Part shown: positions 1 through 19,294 of the stretch, one piece after another
How positions within the stretch are numbered: position 1 is the first letter of the stretch
Layout: each line of letters starts with the position of its first letter
Origin: the human T2T-CHM13v2.0 reference genome, Homo sapiens
Strand: one strand, 5' to 3'
Assembly: GCF_009914755.1 (NCBI RefSeq)
Contig: NC_060930.1
DNA: 64,000 bases
Notes under the pieces: generated by a model
What the model saw: the letters and a program-made list of their open reading frames with translations, nothing else
Told to the model about the DNA's origin: nothing
The model's database searches: none
Translations under genes and position numbers: made by a program

Positions 1-892
1 CATAGATTCTTTTGTCAAAGAGGAACTTGTTCTTTTTGTTCTGAACCTCCCAACACCAGTTGTCTTAGGGTACAGTCAAGAACCAAGAATGCCAGTTCCA
101 AAGTAGGGTAAGGAAACATGAGCAGCAGTAGTAATGGTGATAGCAGTAACCATCACTTATTGAAGGCTTGCTGTGTGCAAGGCACTTTGTTAGGCACTCT
201 CAGTACATTTTCCAATCTAAAACTCTTAATATACCTTTATGGTAGATATTATTAGGCACACTTTACCCCCTGAGGAATCTGAAACACACACAGGGATTAA
301 GTGACTTGCCTGAGATCACCTAGCTGCTGAGGGAACCAGGATTCTACTCCAGGTCTGACTTCAAAGCTGTTATACCTTCTGCTTTTCTTGGCCAAGATCT
401 AAAATATGGATTTGGAGATCTGAGTACAGCAGAAGCAAAAAATAGAAAATGAGATTTCATTTTGCTAAGCTGAGGTCAGAAACATGGGCAGTCAAGAGCA
501 AAGCAATGTAAAAAGCACTATGGGTCAAATATAATACCTACAGCAAGGACAGGCAGGAGTCTGGGTTCTATAAAAGAGGAAAGGAATTGGGGAACCTCTG
601 GGCTGGAATCAGCCTTTTCTCCTTTGTACAGATTTGATGTAGAGCAGAAGTCAGGGACGCTTTTTAGTTAAGGCATTCTCAATAGGCATCACCTGAACTT
701 GAGACCATTCTCATCACCTGTCTTGAAATTTTATTTAACTCATGAGAGAAAAGACTAAAATGACCCCTGAATGATGCTTTGGAAAGAATAACTGCTTAAG
801 GTACTATTAGAAACATAATCTAATTAAATTTCTTATTTGAAATTTTTTATAAGAATCAGCTTAAATTATTTTTCAAGAAAAAATGCTTTTTA

Positions 893-1540
893 CAGATTGA
901 GCATCTCTAATCTGAAAATCTGAAATTCAAAGTCCTCTAAAATTTGAAACACTTCAAATTTCAAAACTTTATGAGCACTTGTGATACCACAAATGGAAAA
1001 TTCCACACCTGACCTCATGAAATGGGTTGCAGCAAAACAGAGGCACACCACAGTTTATTCAGCTTGCCATTGTTTGTTGCTGTTGTTTAACACTGATATG
1101 GGTATTACTTAGTTACACTTAACACATTATTTTTTCACTGTACCAATGGTGTGTCCTGTTTTTTAAGTGTTAAGTACTTATATGTGAATAAGTGTAAGAA
1201 AATGGTTGCATATAAATTCAAGAGTCAGTAATGATGGGGATACCAAGCAACTACAGATTGATTGTCCATCTAGTTGGCCGAGATAGTGACACCTTTGCTT
1301 TCTGATGATTCAGTGTACCTTGTTTCATGCAGAAAATTATTTAAATTATTCTATGAAATTACTTTCAAGCTGTGTGTAGAAGGTGTATTTGAAACATAAA
1401 TGAATTTTGTGTTTAGACATGCATCCCATTCTCAAGATAATCTCATTATGCACATATGGCAAATATTCCAAAATCTGAAAAAATCCAAAATGCAGAACAC
1501 TTCTGGTCCCAAGCATTTCAGATAAGGGATACTCAATCTG
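893..1540. mobile_element. Tigger4/Zombi-type non-autonomous DNA transposon (TcMar-Tigger)
   Basis: TIRs CAGATTGAGCATCTCTAATCTGAAA / TTTCAGATAAGGGATACTCAATCTG, with TA target duplication on both sides. Confidence 0.85.
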
Positions 1541-1571
1541 TATGTGGAAGCTGACATGTTTAAATAACCAC

Positions 1572-1616
1572 AGATCAGATGAGATCCAGCCCATTCAGGG
1601 TAGTATGGCTGTAGAC
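1572..1616 (-). pseudogene. 5S rRNA pseudogene fragment (5' 45 nt)
   Basis: Reverse complement GTCTACAGCCATACTACCCTGAATGGGCTGGATCTCATCTGATCT vs 5S GTCTACGGCCATACCACCCTGAACGCGCCCGATCTCGTCTGATCT (38/45 identical). Confidence 0.85.
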
Positions 1617-1811
1617 ATCCCTCTACCCCTAATTCTTCTGCTTTGTTTGGGAAGAACATGGAAGAAAAGGTGACTTCTGCCTCCGCTGCTCTTACCCCCA
1701 CCATAGTGGCCTTTGGCGATGCCTCCTACCTTCCCCCAACAACTCTCTTGCGTGTTAGAGAGAAGGGGCCCTCCCAGCACAAAGTTGCATTCCTCCCCCC
1801 AATTTATTCTA

Positions 1812-2320
<509 letters not shown>

Positions 2321-3135
2321 ATATACATATAAAAGAAAGAGAAAAAAAGAAATGTGAGCAAAGCAGAAGGAGGCGGATTCAAACCCCAGTATGTCACGCC
2401 TCATGCCTTTTCTTTAGTGGTGGGAAACCCTTATCTTGTAAAGGGAATGTGTCCCCTTCTTCAGCCTCTAGTGTATTTCACAGAAAACAAAACCTCCCAA
2501 TAAAACTGTTGAAACCTGGAAAATAAAACAAACAATATGTCATCTACTTGAAGAAATATCTGGTGACCATTTAAAACATATTTACAGTGACTTTGTAATA
2601 ATGTGGGAGAATGTTTATGTCACATATTTATTAGTGGAAAAAGACCTATATAATTTTATATCACAGTTATTTTTTAAATGTATGCAACAGACATTCATGT
2701 GTGTGGGGAGCATGCAAGTGTTCATTTATAATATATGCCATTATTTGACATGAGCTCAGTGGTTCTGCATATGTTCTGCCTTTCCTTGCTCAGTCAACTC
2801 TTGGAGTATGAAGACCACATCCCTATATGGGATATGAGTAGGTTAATTTTTCACTCAACCCTGTGTCATTATATAAGGATATGTTTCCATTAAAAAGCCA
2901 TTTGGGAACAGAAAGTAGTAACAAATGATGCTAACCCAGCAGTGAGCTAGGTAAGTACAACTGTTTTTCCTTATCAGATGTGAAAGACTGTAAGAGGAAA
3001 ATTTTACCCCTCTATTGGAGAAAATTTCTGAACACCCATCTAGAAATCAAATGCTAGGCCAGTAATTTTTCATATTTTTAAAATTCACTGAACCTTGCAT
3101 AAATAAGGTTTTAAGGGTTATTGTAAATCAGAGGC

Positions 3136-3440
<305 letters not shown>

Positions 3441-4332
3441 TCAGAGCCTCAACTTAAAGGAGTATGTTGGATCAGCCAGATCTGAAGAGTACTACACTCT
3501 CATACCAGTAGCAGTGGATTCTTGGATTGGGGATAATGAAAAGTGTGCCCCACTTCTTAGGGGAATTTATGTGCTCTACCTCATCAATTGAGAATTACTC
3601 ATCTACAGTTATTCCATTTTCTTTCAAATGAGGAAACCAAGGCCAGAAACATTGACTTTTCTACAGTTGACAGAGCTGAAACTCTTTCAACCCTATTCCA
3701 GTTACTTAGAGGTGGTAATAAAAGGAAATTTATGGTTTTGTGGCCAGTATTACATGTTCAGAGTGTATCCAAAATTTTAAACCAGCAGAGCAAGCTTCTG
3801 TGGACTCAGATACCCTCCTCCCCCATCCTGACACTAGTCATATTGGCACAGGACACAGACATAAATGAAAGGAGCCACAGTGTCTAGTCTGCTTATCCTA
3901 AGTGTAACCTTATGAGCTTGCAAAGAAACAGACTTACAAATCGAAGGTGATTGATAGCTGGAGGAATTTACCTTAGGCTAAAGGAATTATTCTAATTTCT
4001 GAGTAAGGCTTTTGACTTAAACAGTAATATATTAGCAGGTCAGCTCAGCTTTCATTGAGTAAAAAAATAAAATAAAATAAAAACATGACCTGAATAATGA
4101 TGTTAACATTTGATCACTTCAGCTTAGTTCAAAGAGACTAGAAATTTGGACTCTAAGTAATGCATTATTTCCTGACTTTGCAGATCAACTTTAGGTGATA
4201 TTTAAAGATCTACTTAGGAAAAATGACACAGCTCCACAATCTATGATAAGCTTCCTAATAATCTAACTTATGATGATGTAGATTTATCCATCCAAGAGCT
4301 TTGTAAGACTGCATCATTAAAATATAATTTCT

Positions 4333-5285
4333 GGCAGGCACGGTGGCTCACACCTATGAATTAGAGCACTTGGGAGGTCAAGGCAGAGAGATCACTTGAG
4401 CCCAGGAGTTAAAGACTGGCCTAGGCAACATGGAGAAACCCCATCTCTACAAAAAATACAAAAAGTATATGAGCGTGGTGGTGCATGCCTATAGCCCAAG
4501 CTACTTGGAGGCTGAGGCAGGATCACTTCAGCCCAGGAGGTTGAGGCTGCCGTGAGCTGTGATTGTACCACTGCACTCCAGCTTGGGCAACAGAGTGAAA
4601 CCCTGTCTCAAAAAAATTAATAAATAGGCCGAGCATAGTGGCTGACGCCTGTAATTCAAGTACTTTGGGAGGCTGAGGTGGGTGGATCACCTGAGGTCAG
4701 GAGTTCGAGACCAGCCTGGCCAACATGGTGAAACCCCGTCTCTACTAAAAATACAAAAATTAGTGTGGCACATGCCTGTAATCCCAGCTACTCAGGAGGC
4801 TGAGGCAGGAGAATCAATTGAATCCGGGAGGCAGAGGTTGCAGTGAACCAAGATCACACCACTGCACTCCAGCCTGGACAACAGAGCAAGACTCCGTCCC
4901 AAAAATAAATAAATAAAATGAAAAATAAAGAAATAAATGGCCGGGTGTGGTGGCTCACGCCTGTAATCCCAGCACTTTGGGAGGCCGAGGCGGATGGATC
5001 ACGAGGTCAGGAGATTGAGACCATCCTGGCTAACACGGTGAAACCCTGTCTCTACTAAAAATACAAAAAATTAGCCGGGTGTGGTGGCAGACGCCTGTAG
5101 TCCCAGCTACTCAGGAGTCTGAGGCAGGAGAATGGCGTGAACCCAGGAGGTGGAGCTTGCAGTGAGCCGAGATCGCACCACTGCACTCCAGCCTGGGCGA
5201 CAGAGCAAAACTCTGTCTCAAAAAAGATAAATAAATAAAAAATAAAAATAAAATGAAAAATAAAAAAATAGAAATAAATAAAATA
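4333..5285 (+). mobile_element. Three head-to-tail Alus (AluJ ~4333-4616, AluS ~4627-4918, AluY ~4939-5285)
   Basis: Successive Alu dimers inserted into A-rich tails; aatataatttct flanks the whole cluster. Confidence 0.88.
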
Positions 5286-5495
5286 ATATAATTTCTTTAT
5301 TTTAGAAAAGGAATTGCCAATCCTGAATTTGCATCACATTAGGGCCTTCACAATTATCTGTAGGCTTACAGATGATGAAATCAGGCTTGGGACAGAATTG
5401 TTAAAGCTCTCTTTGAAACAAAAGATATTGAGAGTCACTGTTTTTTTGTGTAATGGTTTCCAGGCTTCAATGTGCATAAGAATTAGCTGAGATAT

Positions 5496-5561
5496 GGCCT
5501 AGCGAGGTGGCTCACGCCTGTAATCCCAGCACTTTGGGAGGCGGGCTGATCAGGAGGTCAG
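5496..5561 (+). mobile_element. 3'-truncated tailless Alu with 17-bp TSD, inside a MER5-like element
   Basis: agaattagctgagatat at 5479-5495 and 5562-5578 flanks about 66 nt of Alu 5' end. Confidence 0.85.
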
Positions 5562-6085
5562 AGAATTAGCTGAGATATTGATCATTTCAGCTCTTTCCCC
5601 AGAGCTTCTGTTGGGAATGCTGGTATGGTGTTTCAGCAGGAATTTGCATTTAACAAGCACTCTGGCACATTCAGACAGATGACCCAGGAACTATACTTTG
5701 ACAAATACTTCCAGAAAATAAAGGGAGAGGTTAAAAAAAAAAAAAGCGGGGAGGGGGAAACTTTTGAGGAAAACAATGAAGCCATCAAAGGAAAAGTCTT
5801 TATTTGTGGAGAAGCTGAATGGCTGTAGGCAGTTGATCTCAAATTGGCTCGAAAACTGGACTGCGGTATTCCGCTAATAGTGAGCTAATGGTTTTTATCA
5901 CAGTAAACAGAAAAAAAGATGTGAATTTGTATTTTGTTTTTCTTTATTAAACATTTACTGCCTACTGTCACTTTTCTGTTAGCAAAATGAACAGATAACT
6001 AAGAAACATTAATTTTAAAAACTCAGAAATAACTCATCAAATTTTGACAACTCTTTTCTTTCTTTCTTGTGAACTCAGGGTTATA

Positions 6086-7174
<1,089 letters not shown>

Positions 7175-8276
7175 TCAATAAAGTATGTGTATATTTGAAC
7201 TTACTCAAGTTGCTTCTAACCATGTGATGAATTAAATTTATTCTTTTTGATGTATTCCACAAAAAAGCATGGCATCCCACAAAGGGCATCATGACTTCCA
7301 GGTGCTTCCCAGGATGAACCAGTTTGAGAACTGTTCCCTTTAGAAAAAGTATTCTTCACTAAGGCATTAGGTTAGGAAATTATTAATTATTGCATGGTTA
7401 TTGCTTTGCCCATCCATTAAAAAAAAAAGGGGTTTTTTAAATGCTTCATTTTTGAAACCACTGATCAGATGACAAAGATAACCCTGGTCCTTACCTATAC
7501 AGAATTTTGGTCAAATCATTGACATGAACAGTAGAGAGCTACAATTCAGAGTAGTAAGAGCTGTGATGGGTCAGGGCTAGGGTGCTGAGGAACCAGTAGA
7601 CTGGACAGTTAACCTCCATTTGTGGGGTTGGCAGCTTCTCTAGGAAGGGGCACCTAATATGAAATATCAAGGCTTAGGAGGCGATACACATACTTTTGGT
7701 TTCTGTTTCATTGTTATCATCCTACATAATTGCTTTGTTGTGTTAGTCTTTGAATAAGACAATTTCTTATTTTTACATGCTTCTTAATTTTTTTACATGC
7801 TTTTTATTATTTTTACATGCTTTTTTGTTTTGTTTTGTTTCCTTAACTTCCAGCCTTCATTGATATATATACATTTGCAAGTTTGAGTTCTGAGTATTTT
7901 TCAAAACTAGCTGGTAATGGTAATGTTTGTTTAGAATTTGAAAACTCGTCAGGCAAAAGATGTTTTCATTAGCCATGGATTGGCCAGTTTTTCCTTGTAG
8001 CCAGTTCTTATAATCAGACATTTATATAATTAGTACTTAACCAGAAATTATTGGCTTTCTGTATGATGAAGCAGAATACTCCATTGCCCTGCAGGATGAT
8101 TGCTTTTAATGATTGCTTAATGATTCTCTTTCTTAGTTAAGAAAACTTTTTTAAAAAATGACAATCTATAAAGCCTTTATTGTTTTTCTCAACTCCTGTG
8201 ACAGATTACCTATAAAGCTTTTAATACATTAGGTATCACAGGCATTTTTTGGACCATTTACCTGATAGTGAAATAA

Positions 8277-8596
<320 letters not shown>

Positions 8597-8799
8597 ATTG
8601 TGAAGTAATTATTTCTTAATTAAGTGGGATAAAGATAAATCGCTCTTTTGTGGCATTAATGTGACCTATCTTAGACATTTTTTTTATTTCTCTTTAATCT
8701 CACATGGTGGCTTTCAAACTTTTTAGTTCTGCTATTTTCTTTACAATTTTATTCTCTTTATTTTAAAACAAAATGTTAGTTGGAATGTACCAAAATTGG

Positions 8800-10050
8800 A
8801 AAGCATTGTCTCACTGTCTCTAATTCTTCTCCCATTCTCTTTAACTGATTACAATTAGGCTTGTGCTCCAGATCACAACTAGTTTGATCAAAGTCACCAG
8901 TGACCTCCATGTTCCTAAATCTAGCATTAACCTGTTATCAGCATTTGACTACAGTTCATCACTCCCTTCTTAATGGATTTCTAGGACTTTCTTGGTTTTT
9001 CTCCTACCTCAGTATATGCTCCTTTACATTCTCCTTTAGTGCTTTCTCTTCTCTCTGACATCTTAACATTACAGTGCCCCAGGGCTTAATCGTAAGCCTA
9101 TACCTCTCTCCTGAGTGCCAGGCTGTTATGTCCATTTATGTCCTATTTAATACCTCCACTTAGATATCCAATACACACCTCAAAGTTAACCTACCCAAAA
9201 CTGAACTCCTGATCTTCCCCTGAAATCTATCATTTTCCTACTGTCTCTTTATCATTCTGATTTTTCAAACCAGAAGCCTGGGCTCTGCCTTCATAATTTA
9301 TCCAGAATCAGACCTCTTCTTGCCACCTTCCTTCACTTGTACCATCATAGTCTAAGTCATCGTCGTTGCTCACCTGTATTATTGCAGTAGCCTCCTTTCT
9401 GGTTTTTCTGCTCCCCTACAGGTTCTTCTCAAAGTAGCAGTCAGAATAGTCCTTTTAAAATATTTCAGATAATGTTACTCCTTTGCTCAAAACCCTCCGT
9501 TAACTCCCCATTTCACTCAGAGTAAAAGCCGTATACAGTGACACTATGTGACTGCCCCCCTCCTCTCCCCACATGGCCTCTCTCTGATTACTGCTCATTT
9601 TCTCTCTCCATTTCAGACATCTTGGCCTCCTTGTTTTCTTGAATATTCCAGATATGCCCACTATGGAACCTTTGCACCCATTGTTCTGTCTGCCAGGAAA
9701 AGCTCTTCTGGATATTTGTATGGCTAACTTCCTTTCCTCCTTTATGTACTTGATCAAATGTCATCTTTTCAGTGAGGCCCTAACCATTTAAAAATTGAAA
9801 GCTTCCTCCTCCCATGGCTCTCCGCTTATTCTGTTCAATATTTTTCCATAACATTTATCAATTTTTAACGCATATATCGTATATATGATATAGATAGATA
9901 GTGCATGTCTGTGCTTCTCCCAGCTCTCCCACTAGAATGTAAGTTCCGTGAGGACAGTGATTTTTGATTCAATAAGGTGTACCTCAAATGCCCAGAACAG
10001 TGACTAGTATGTAGTGTGCATTCAATAAATATCTCTTGAATGATTGGTTC
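8800..10050 (+). mobile_element. L2 LINE 3' portion
   Basis: Pyrimidine-rich L2 body ending tagaatgtaagttccgtgaggacag...ttcaataaatatctcttgaatga. Confidence 0.8.
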
Positions 10051-10116
10051 ATGACTGACAAAGGAGTTGAAACCCAGTTTGAAAAATGCTTGTCTGATAG
10101 CTAGACTCAATCCTTA

Positions 10117-10558
<442 letters not shown>

Positions 10559-10819
10559 CTATAGTCATTCTAATAATCTAAGTGAAAAAATAAGTATTTT
10601 TCTGATATTACCCCTTGTATTATATAACCTCGAAAACCAGTCATCCACTGTTAGCTATTTGCACTTCAGATATTTTTCCACACACAAATGTATATTAAAT
10701 AATACTATATATGGTGTTCCACACTTGCATTTTTTGTTTTTTTGTGTTTGTTTTGTTTTTGTTGTGGTGGTTATTTTGGTTTGTGCCTAATATTCTACCA
10801 CAGATGCCATGTTTTGAGA

Positions 10820-11050
10820 TGCAATATAGCATGCTCAGTAAGAGCATGGATGTCAAGCTGAACTGTCTAGGTTCAAACCCCAGCTTTGCCAATTACCAGC
10901 TATTGGATTCTGGACAAGTTTACTTAAGTTCTCTGTGCCTTTGTTTTCTCATCTCTAACATGGGAATAATAATAGTATTTACATTGTATTGTATCAAATG
11001 ACACTTGATACACATATGTGGGTATAAATGTTAGCTGTCATCATTAGTAT
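10820..11050 (+). mobile_element. MIR
   Basis: ggttcaaaccccagctttgcc...ttacttaagttctctgtgccttt gttttctcatct core. Confidence 0.75.
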
Positions 11051-11776
11051 TACATATTGCCCTACCTCATTGTTTCTCATCACTATATAATATCATGTTT
11101 TTAAAGTGCTTTTTATTTAATCAGACCCTTTTTTGATACATATTTAGATTGTTTCTAATTCTTCACTATTACAAACAATAATCATGAGCAGTGGTAAGTC
11201 TGTGTATTTGTATAACTATTTCCACAAAACAAAGGTAGATGTAAACATATTGAGTCTAAAATATAAACATTGTTGTACAGTGTACACTCACACCAACCAT
11301 GTACCAGTGTGTATTTCCCTACACTTTTGCTGCTGCTGGATATTATCAGGCTTAAATATCTTTCTTGGTTTTCTTCTAGTATTTTATGGTTGATGAGCTA
11401 GTTCTTTTTCCCTGCTCCCAGACCGTACTTACATTTTTATTCTATCTGAAATGCATTTTTGTGTATAAGGTGAGATAGTGACCTGTTTTTTTAAAATAGT
11501 TAATTCTGATACCCAGTATCTTTTCCCTCACTGATTTGAAATGCTATCCCTGTGACATAACAAACACCCATGTACACCTAGATCTCTTTCTGAACTCATT
11601 CTCTTCTGTTGACCTGTCTATTCCCAAGTACCATCAATTTTAATCATCATAGCTTAACACTGTTTAATGTATTTACAGCCCTACCATACACACTCAAGTG
11701 TACACACATTGTTCCTGTTTTTTAGAACAATTATTCCAGATACATTTCAGAATAATTTTTAGTTTTTAAAATTTAC

Positions 11777-14506
<2,730 letters not shown>

Positions 14507-14999
14507 AAATATTAGAACTTTTAATCATCATAGTTTTAATGACTTAGATGCATTTGCTGAGAATAATTTGAATATTTGTGTAATGCCACTGCTTAAAAAT
14601 TCCTAATATTGGTCTGATTCCTTTTGATGCCATTACTGAGTATGATCTTAGTGGAGAAATCCTGTAAACTCCAAGAACAAGATCCTAACTTTAGAATATC
14701 TGTATTTTCTCTCCATTTCTAACAAAGATTTCTTCTATAGCTGTGAATGAGCTACTCAACCACTCTGCCTGTGCTATAAATAACAATTAGATCTGCCTAC
14801 TTCATTTAAAGTTCAGTGGGTTTACTGACTGATGTTTATAAAGCCCATAGGAGATGTAAAGCATAGTTTAAATGGTGATAATTAGAGAAATGAGTGTACT
14901 ATTTTGGTTCTTTCAAACAAGTTTACATTTAGCACGTCATATCTTCTGTAGACATTTCTTATTTCATATGTACGTTTAGATCAAAAGAAAGGAAAACTA

Positions 15000-15200
15000 T
15001 CATTAAATGCCTACTGTGTGGTAAGCACTGTGCTAGAGTCTTCCACTGCTTCTTCTCATTTAATTTTTAAGTCTCCATCTAACCTGTGAAATAAGCAAGT
15101 TATTATTTCCATTTTACAGACAACGAACCAAGGATCAGAGATGTATAATAACCTTATTCTTTATTACAAACATCATGTTAGAGCCACACTATGAATCCAG
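15000..15200 (-). mobile_element. MIR
   Basis: ttattatttccattttacagacaacgaaccaaggatcagaga core. Confidence 0.7.
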
Positions 15201-15426
15201 ACCTTTGTAAATTTTCTAAGCTAAACTTTATCATGAGAACCCTTCAAGAATTCTTCTGAATGTCACATATATGGAGGAAAATCTCTCCAAAAAATGTTGG
15301 TAGCTACTAATGAAGAATTTCTTTTATCTTCTGAGCGGAAACATTTAATATGTATATTAAATAAAATGTTTTTTAAGTGTTAATTTTCTAGTTATATTAC
15401 ATTTCCTGTCACTGACTCTGTTCTAG

Positions 15427-15560
15427 GATGTTGGCAAAGGATGAACTGATGACCATACTTGAGAAATGTTTCAAGGTTTTTAAGTCTTATTGTGAAAACC
15501 ACCTTGGCAGCACAGCTAAGAGAATAGAGGAGTTCCTGGCCCAGTTTCAGAGCCTCGATG
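15427..15560 (+). CDS. ORC3: ORC3 coding exon (exon 14 by recalled numbering), 134 nt
   Basis: ttctag|G ATG TTG GCA...CTC GAT G|gtaaga; translates (R)MLAKDELMTILEKCFKVFKSYCENHLGSTAKRIEEFLAQFQSLD, matching human ORC3. Upstream exons lie before the window. Confidence 0.96.
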
Positions 15561-17505
15561 GTAAGAGTGTAATATCCTTCCAATTCTATTGGCCATGACA
15601 GTCATTTAACTAAAATGGCATGGAAAACCCCACCTTCTGATGTGCTTAGAGATAAAGAGATAAAGTAGTTCATGATCAGTCAGTATGCCAAGCCTCATAG
15701 TATCACATTTTAACAATCACAAATAGGCCAAATGTTTCTCTTCTAGATTTGGTTTAAACAATGGAGAGCATCAAATGGGCAGAAAAAGAAAATCTTTCTC
15801 CAGACCGACAGTTTGGGGGATTTGTCTTTAAAAAGTCAACAAAAAGAAATCAAAAAGATTGGAAAGAGTAGCAGGGTGTCATAATTAAGAACTCTTTTTA
15901 GAGGTTTTTTCTTAAGCATTTCATCAAGTTCTTTATAGATTTCCAAAGCACTGCATAAATCATCTGTAAGCTTGAAAAATTAATAGCTATGAACTGCTTT
16001 CACAGCAGTGAGGCTCATTGGTATGTTGATTACCAAAATCTGCATGAGGCTTACTTTAATCGGATTTACAAAAGCTGGAATCTTTCAGTCCTAAATTAAC
16101 TGAAGCAGCCTGGCACTCTTCACTGTTGGAGGGTTACAGTTTCTCTCTTTTGCTTGACCTCCACATGATCATTTATATATCCTGAATGCTTAGGGTGTCT
16201 GATTGTATATAGGTAGCCATGTTCTGTTCCCTAAATACTAGCTTTTCATGGGCTCTTCTCTTGCTCTGTTTCTAGCACCAAAGTATGGTATTCTTTTAGT
16301 AGAACAATAACAACAATAAAATATATTGGTGTGTACGTTTTACTTTTCCCAAATTTAGGGCAATTTTTTAATGGAGTTTTGGGGGAACAGGTAGTTTTTT
16401 CATATATAATCACATAGAATTGGACATGACATGTTGAAAATATCTTATTTAAAATGTCTGTTTTAATCCTTTTTTATGTTTGGCAAGTGCTTCTTTGTCT
16501 TAAAAATCTTTTGGCTTTAGGAAACTGCTTTTGCAAAAATCTTCCCATATCTCTCCATAGCTACAATGTGAGGCACCTGATGAGTGCTCAGTCATGGAAG
16601 ATGAAAGAGAATGTTTGCCTGACTAGAGTGGCCTGAGCAGCCAGAGTGAGGAAGTCATCAGCAGGCACTAAGGGATTTTCTTTCAGGTTATGTGTGGGCA
16701 TTGCTCTTGCCACTGCAGCATGAACTCAACCACTCTTCAGAACACAAAAACTTTTAAGGGCTGGATGTTGGTATCATTAAGATCATTGAGTTCAGCTATA
16801 TAACCAGAAACTAAAGTCTAGGAGAAGACGGCAGCTTGTTTGAGATCACACAGCTAGCTAGTGGTAGCACTCAGACCAGAGCCCATCTCTCTTAACCACT
16901 AGTTCATTGTTTTTCTGTCGCTAATTCACGATATAAATACGCCCTAATAGTGATCACTGGATCAGCAAGGGGCCAACCTTAAGTACATAAATAGGGTAAA
17001 AGGCTTAGAAAAATAGAAGGTAAATACTGTGTAAATTTCAGTCTTTTACAAAATGGGACTTATGGAGATTGCTGTAAAAATAAACTGCACATATAATTTT
17101 TTCTTCTTTTTTTGCTGGGCACCATTAACGAGGTAATCTAGATACATTTTTAATTAGAGTTCATATAATATGAGCTAGTAAACAAATTCTGTGATATGCT
17201 AGAGCTAAATAAAGGAATGCAGCTTTTGAAATGGGAAGGTCGAAGATTAAGATGATTAGTAGCCTAAAGAATAAAGAATTTTACAAATTAAAGCACAACC
17301 ACTGTCTTGAAGAAATGTCTGTTATTTCCTGATTTTCAAAAGTGACTCATTATTAATAATAAACTGAAACTAAAACTCCCCACGTTGGATGAGTAGAAAT
17401 ATTTGGCTATATGCTATCTGTGTTCCTTAACATTTATTACATATTACAGTTTGGGTTTAAAATTACAGTTGGGAAGAGTTAAGTAGGACAGAGTGTCATA
17501 TCAGA

Positions 17506-18156
<651 letters not shown>

Positions 18157-18574
18157 TAGCAAACTACATGTTAATGACATGGGACAAAGAATCTAGTAGA
18201 CATTTTAACCTTTAGTTATGTCTTTTTTGAACCAGAAATTAGCTGTAGCTAAAAAGCAGTTTATTCTTTAAGCCAATGCATATTCTCCAGCTGCATCCTC
18301 CTGTCATAGTTTTAGGCCAAACAAACCATGTGTGTGGGGTTCACAAAACCCAACCTGCACTTGAAGAAGAATATGAGAGCATTATGCTCTCTAGAAGGAG
18401 CACAGCTGTACATTTAAGCAGTTATGGTTTTCTTTCCCTTTGCTAAAGAACCATGATGCACTTTATGTTTTAGTGGATTATTTCAAAACTTTTACACACT
18501 ACCCTCCTCATACTCAAATTTTGTTGTTTACAATCTTGACATAATCAAAGGAAAACAGTTTTAAGTTTTTATTA

Positions 18575-18976
<402 letters not shown>

Positions 18977-19217
18977 TCATTGTGGTTACACTTTTAAAAT
19001 TCAGTAGCTGATTTTTTGAAGACATCACTACAGCACAAGTTATATATTATTGGCCTTCAGCTTCTGTAAGAAATCATTTATCAGATGGAATCTTGATCCC
19101 TTGCCACATTAAAAAAATATATATAGGTGAAACTTTTACTTTGGAGTAGTAGAAATGTTTGTTCCCTTGACTTGGATTTACCCTCATTGATGTCTACTGG
19201 TTTTGTATTAAAAGCAG

Positions 19218-19294
19218 AAACCAAAGAGGAAGAAGATGCTTCTGGGTCACAGCCAAAGGGGCTTCAGAAGACAGACCTCTATCATCTTCAGAAG
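19218..19294 (+). CDS. ORC3: ORC3 coding exon 15, 77 nt (80 nt from the alternative acceptor at 19215)
   Basis: aag cag|AA ACC AAA GAG...CAG AAG|gtcagg; [26 protein letters not shown]; phase matches both flanking exons. Confidence 0.96.

Noticed and set aside
3460-3711. SEEY and LFQLLR peptides reminiscent of the preceding ORC3 exon (SEEYASVLQLLR)
   Set aside because: The motifs are in separate ORFs about 200 nt apart with a MIR-like piece between; no continuous similarity.
7764-7822. Three copies of tttttacatgctt
   Set aside because: Short low-complexity tandem duplication; not a CRISPR-like or otherwise functional array as far as can be seen.
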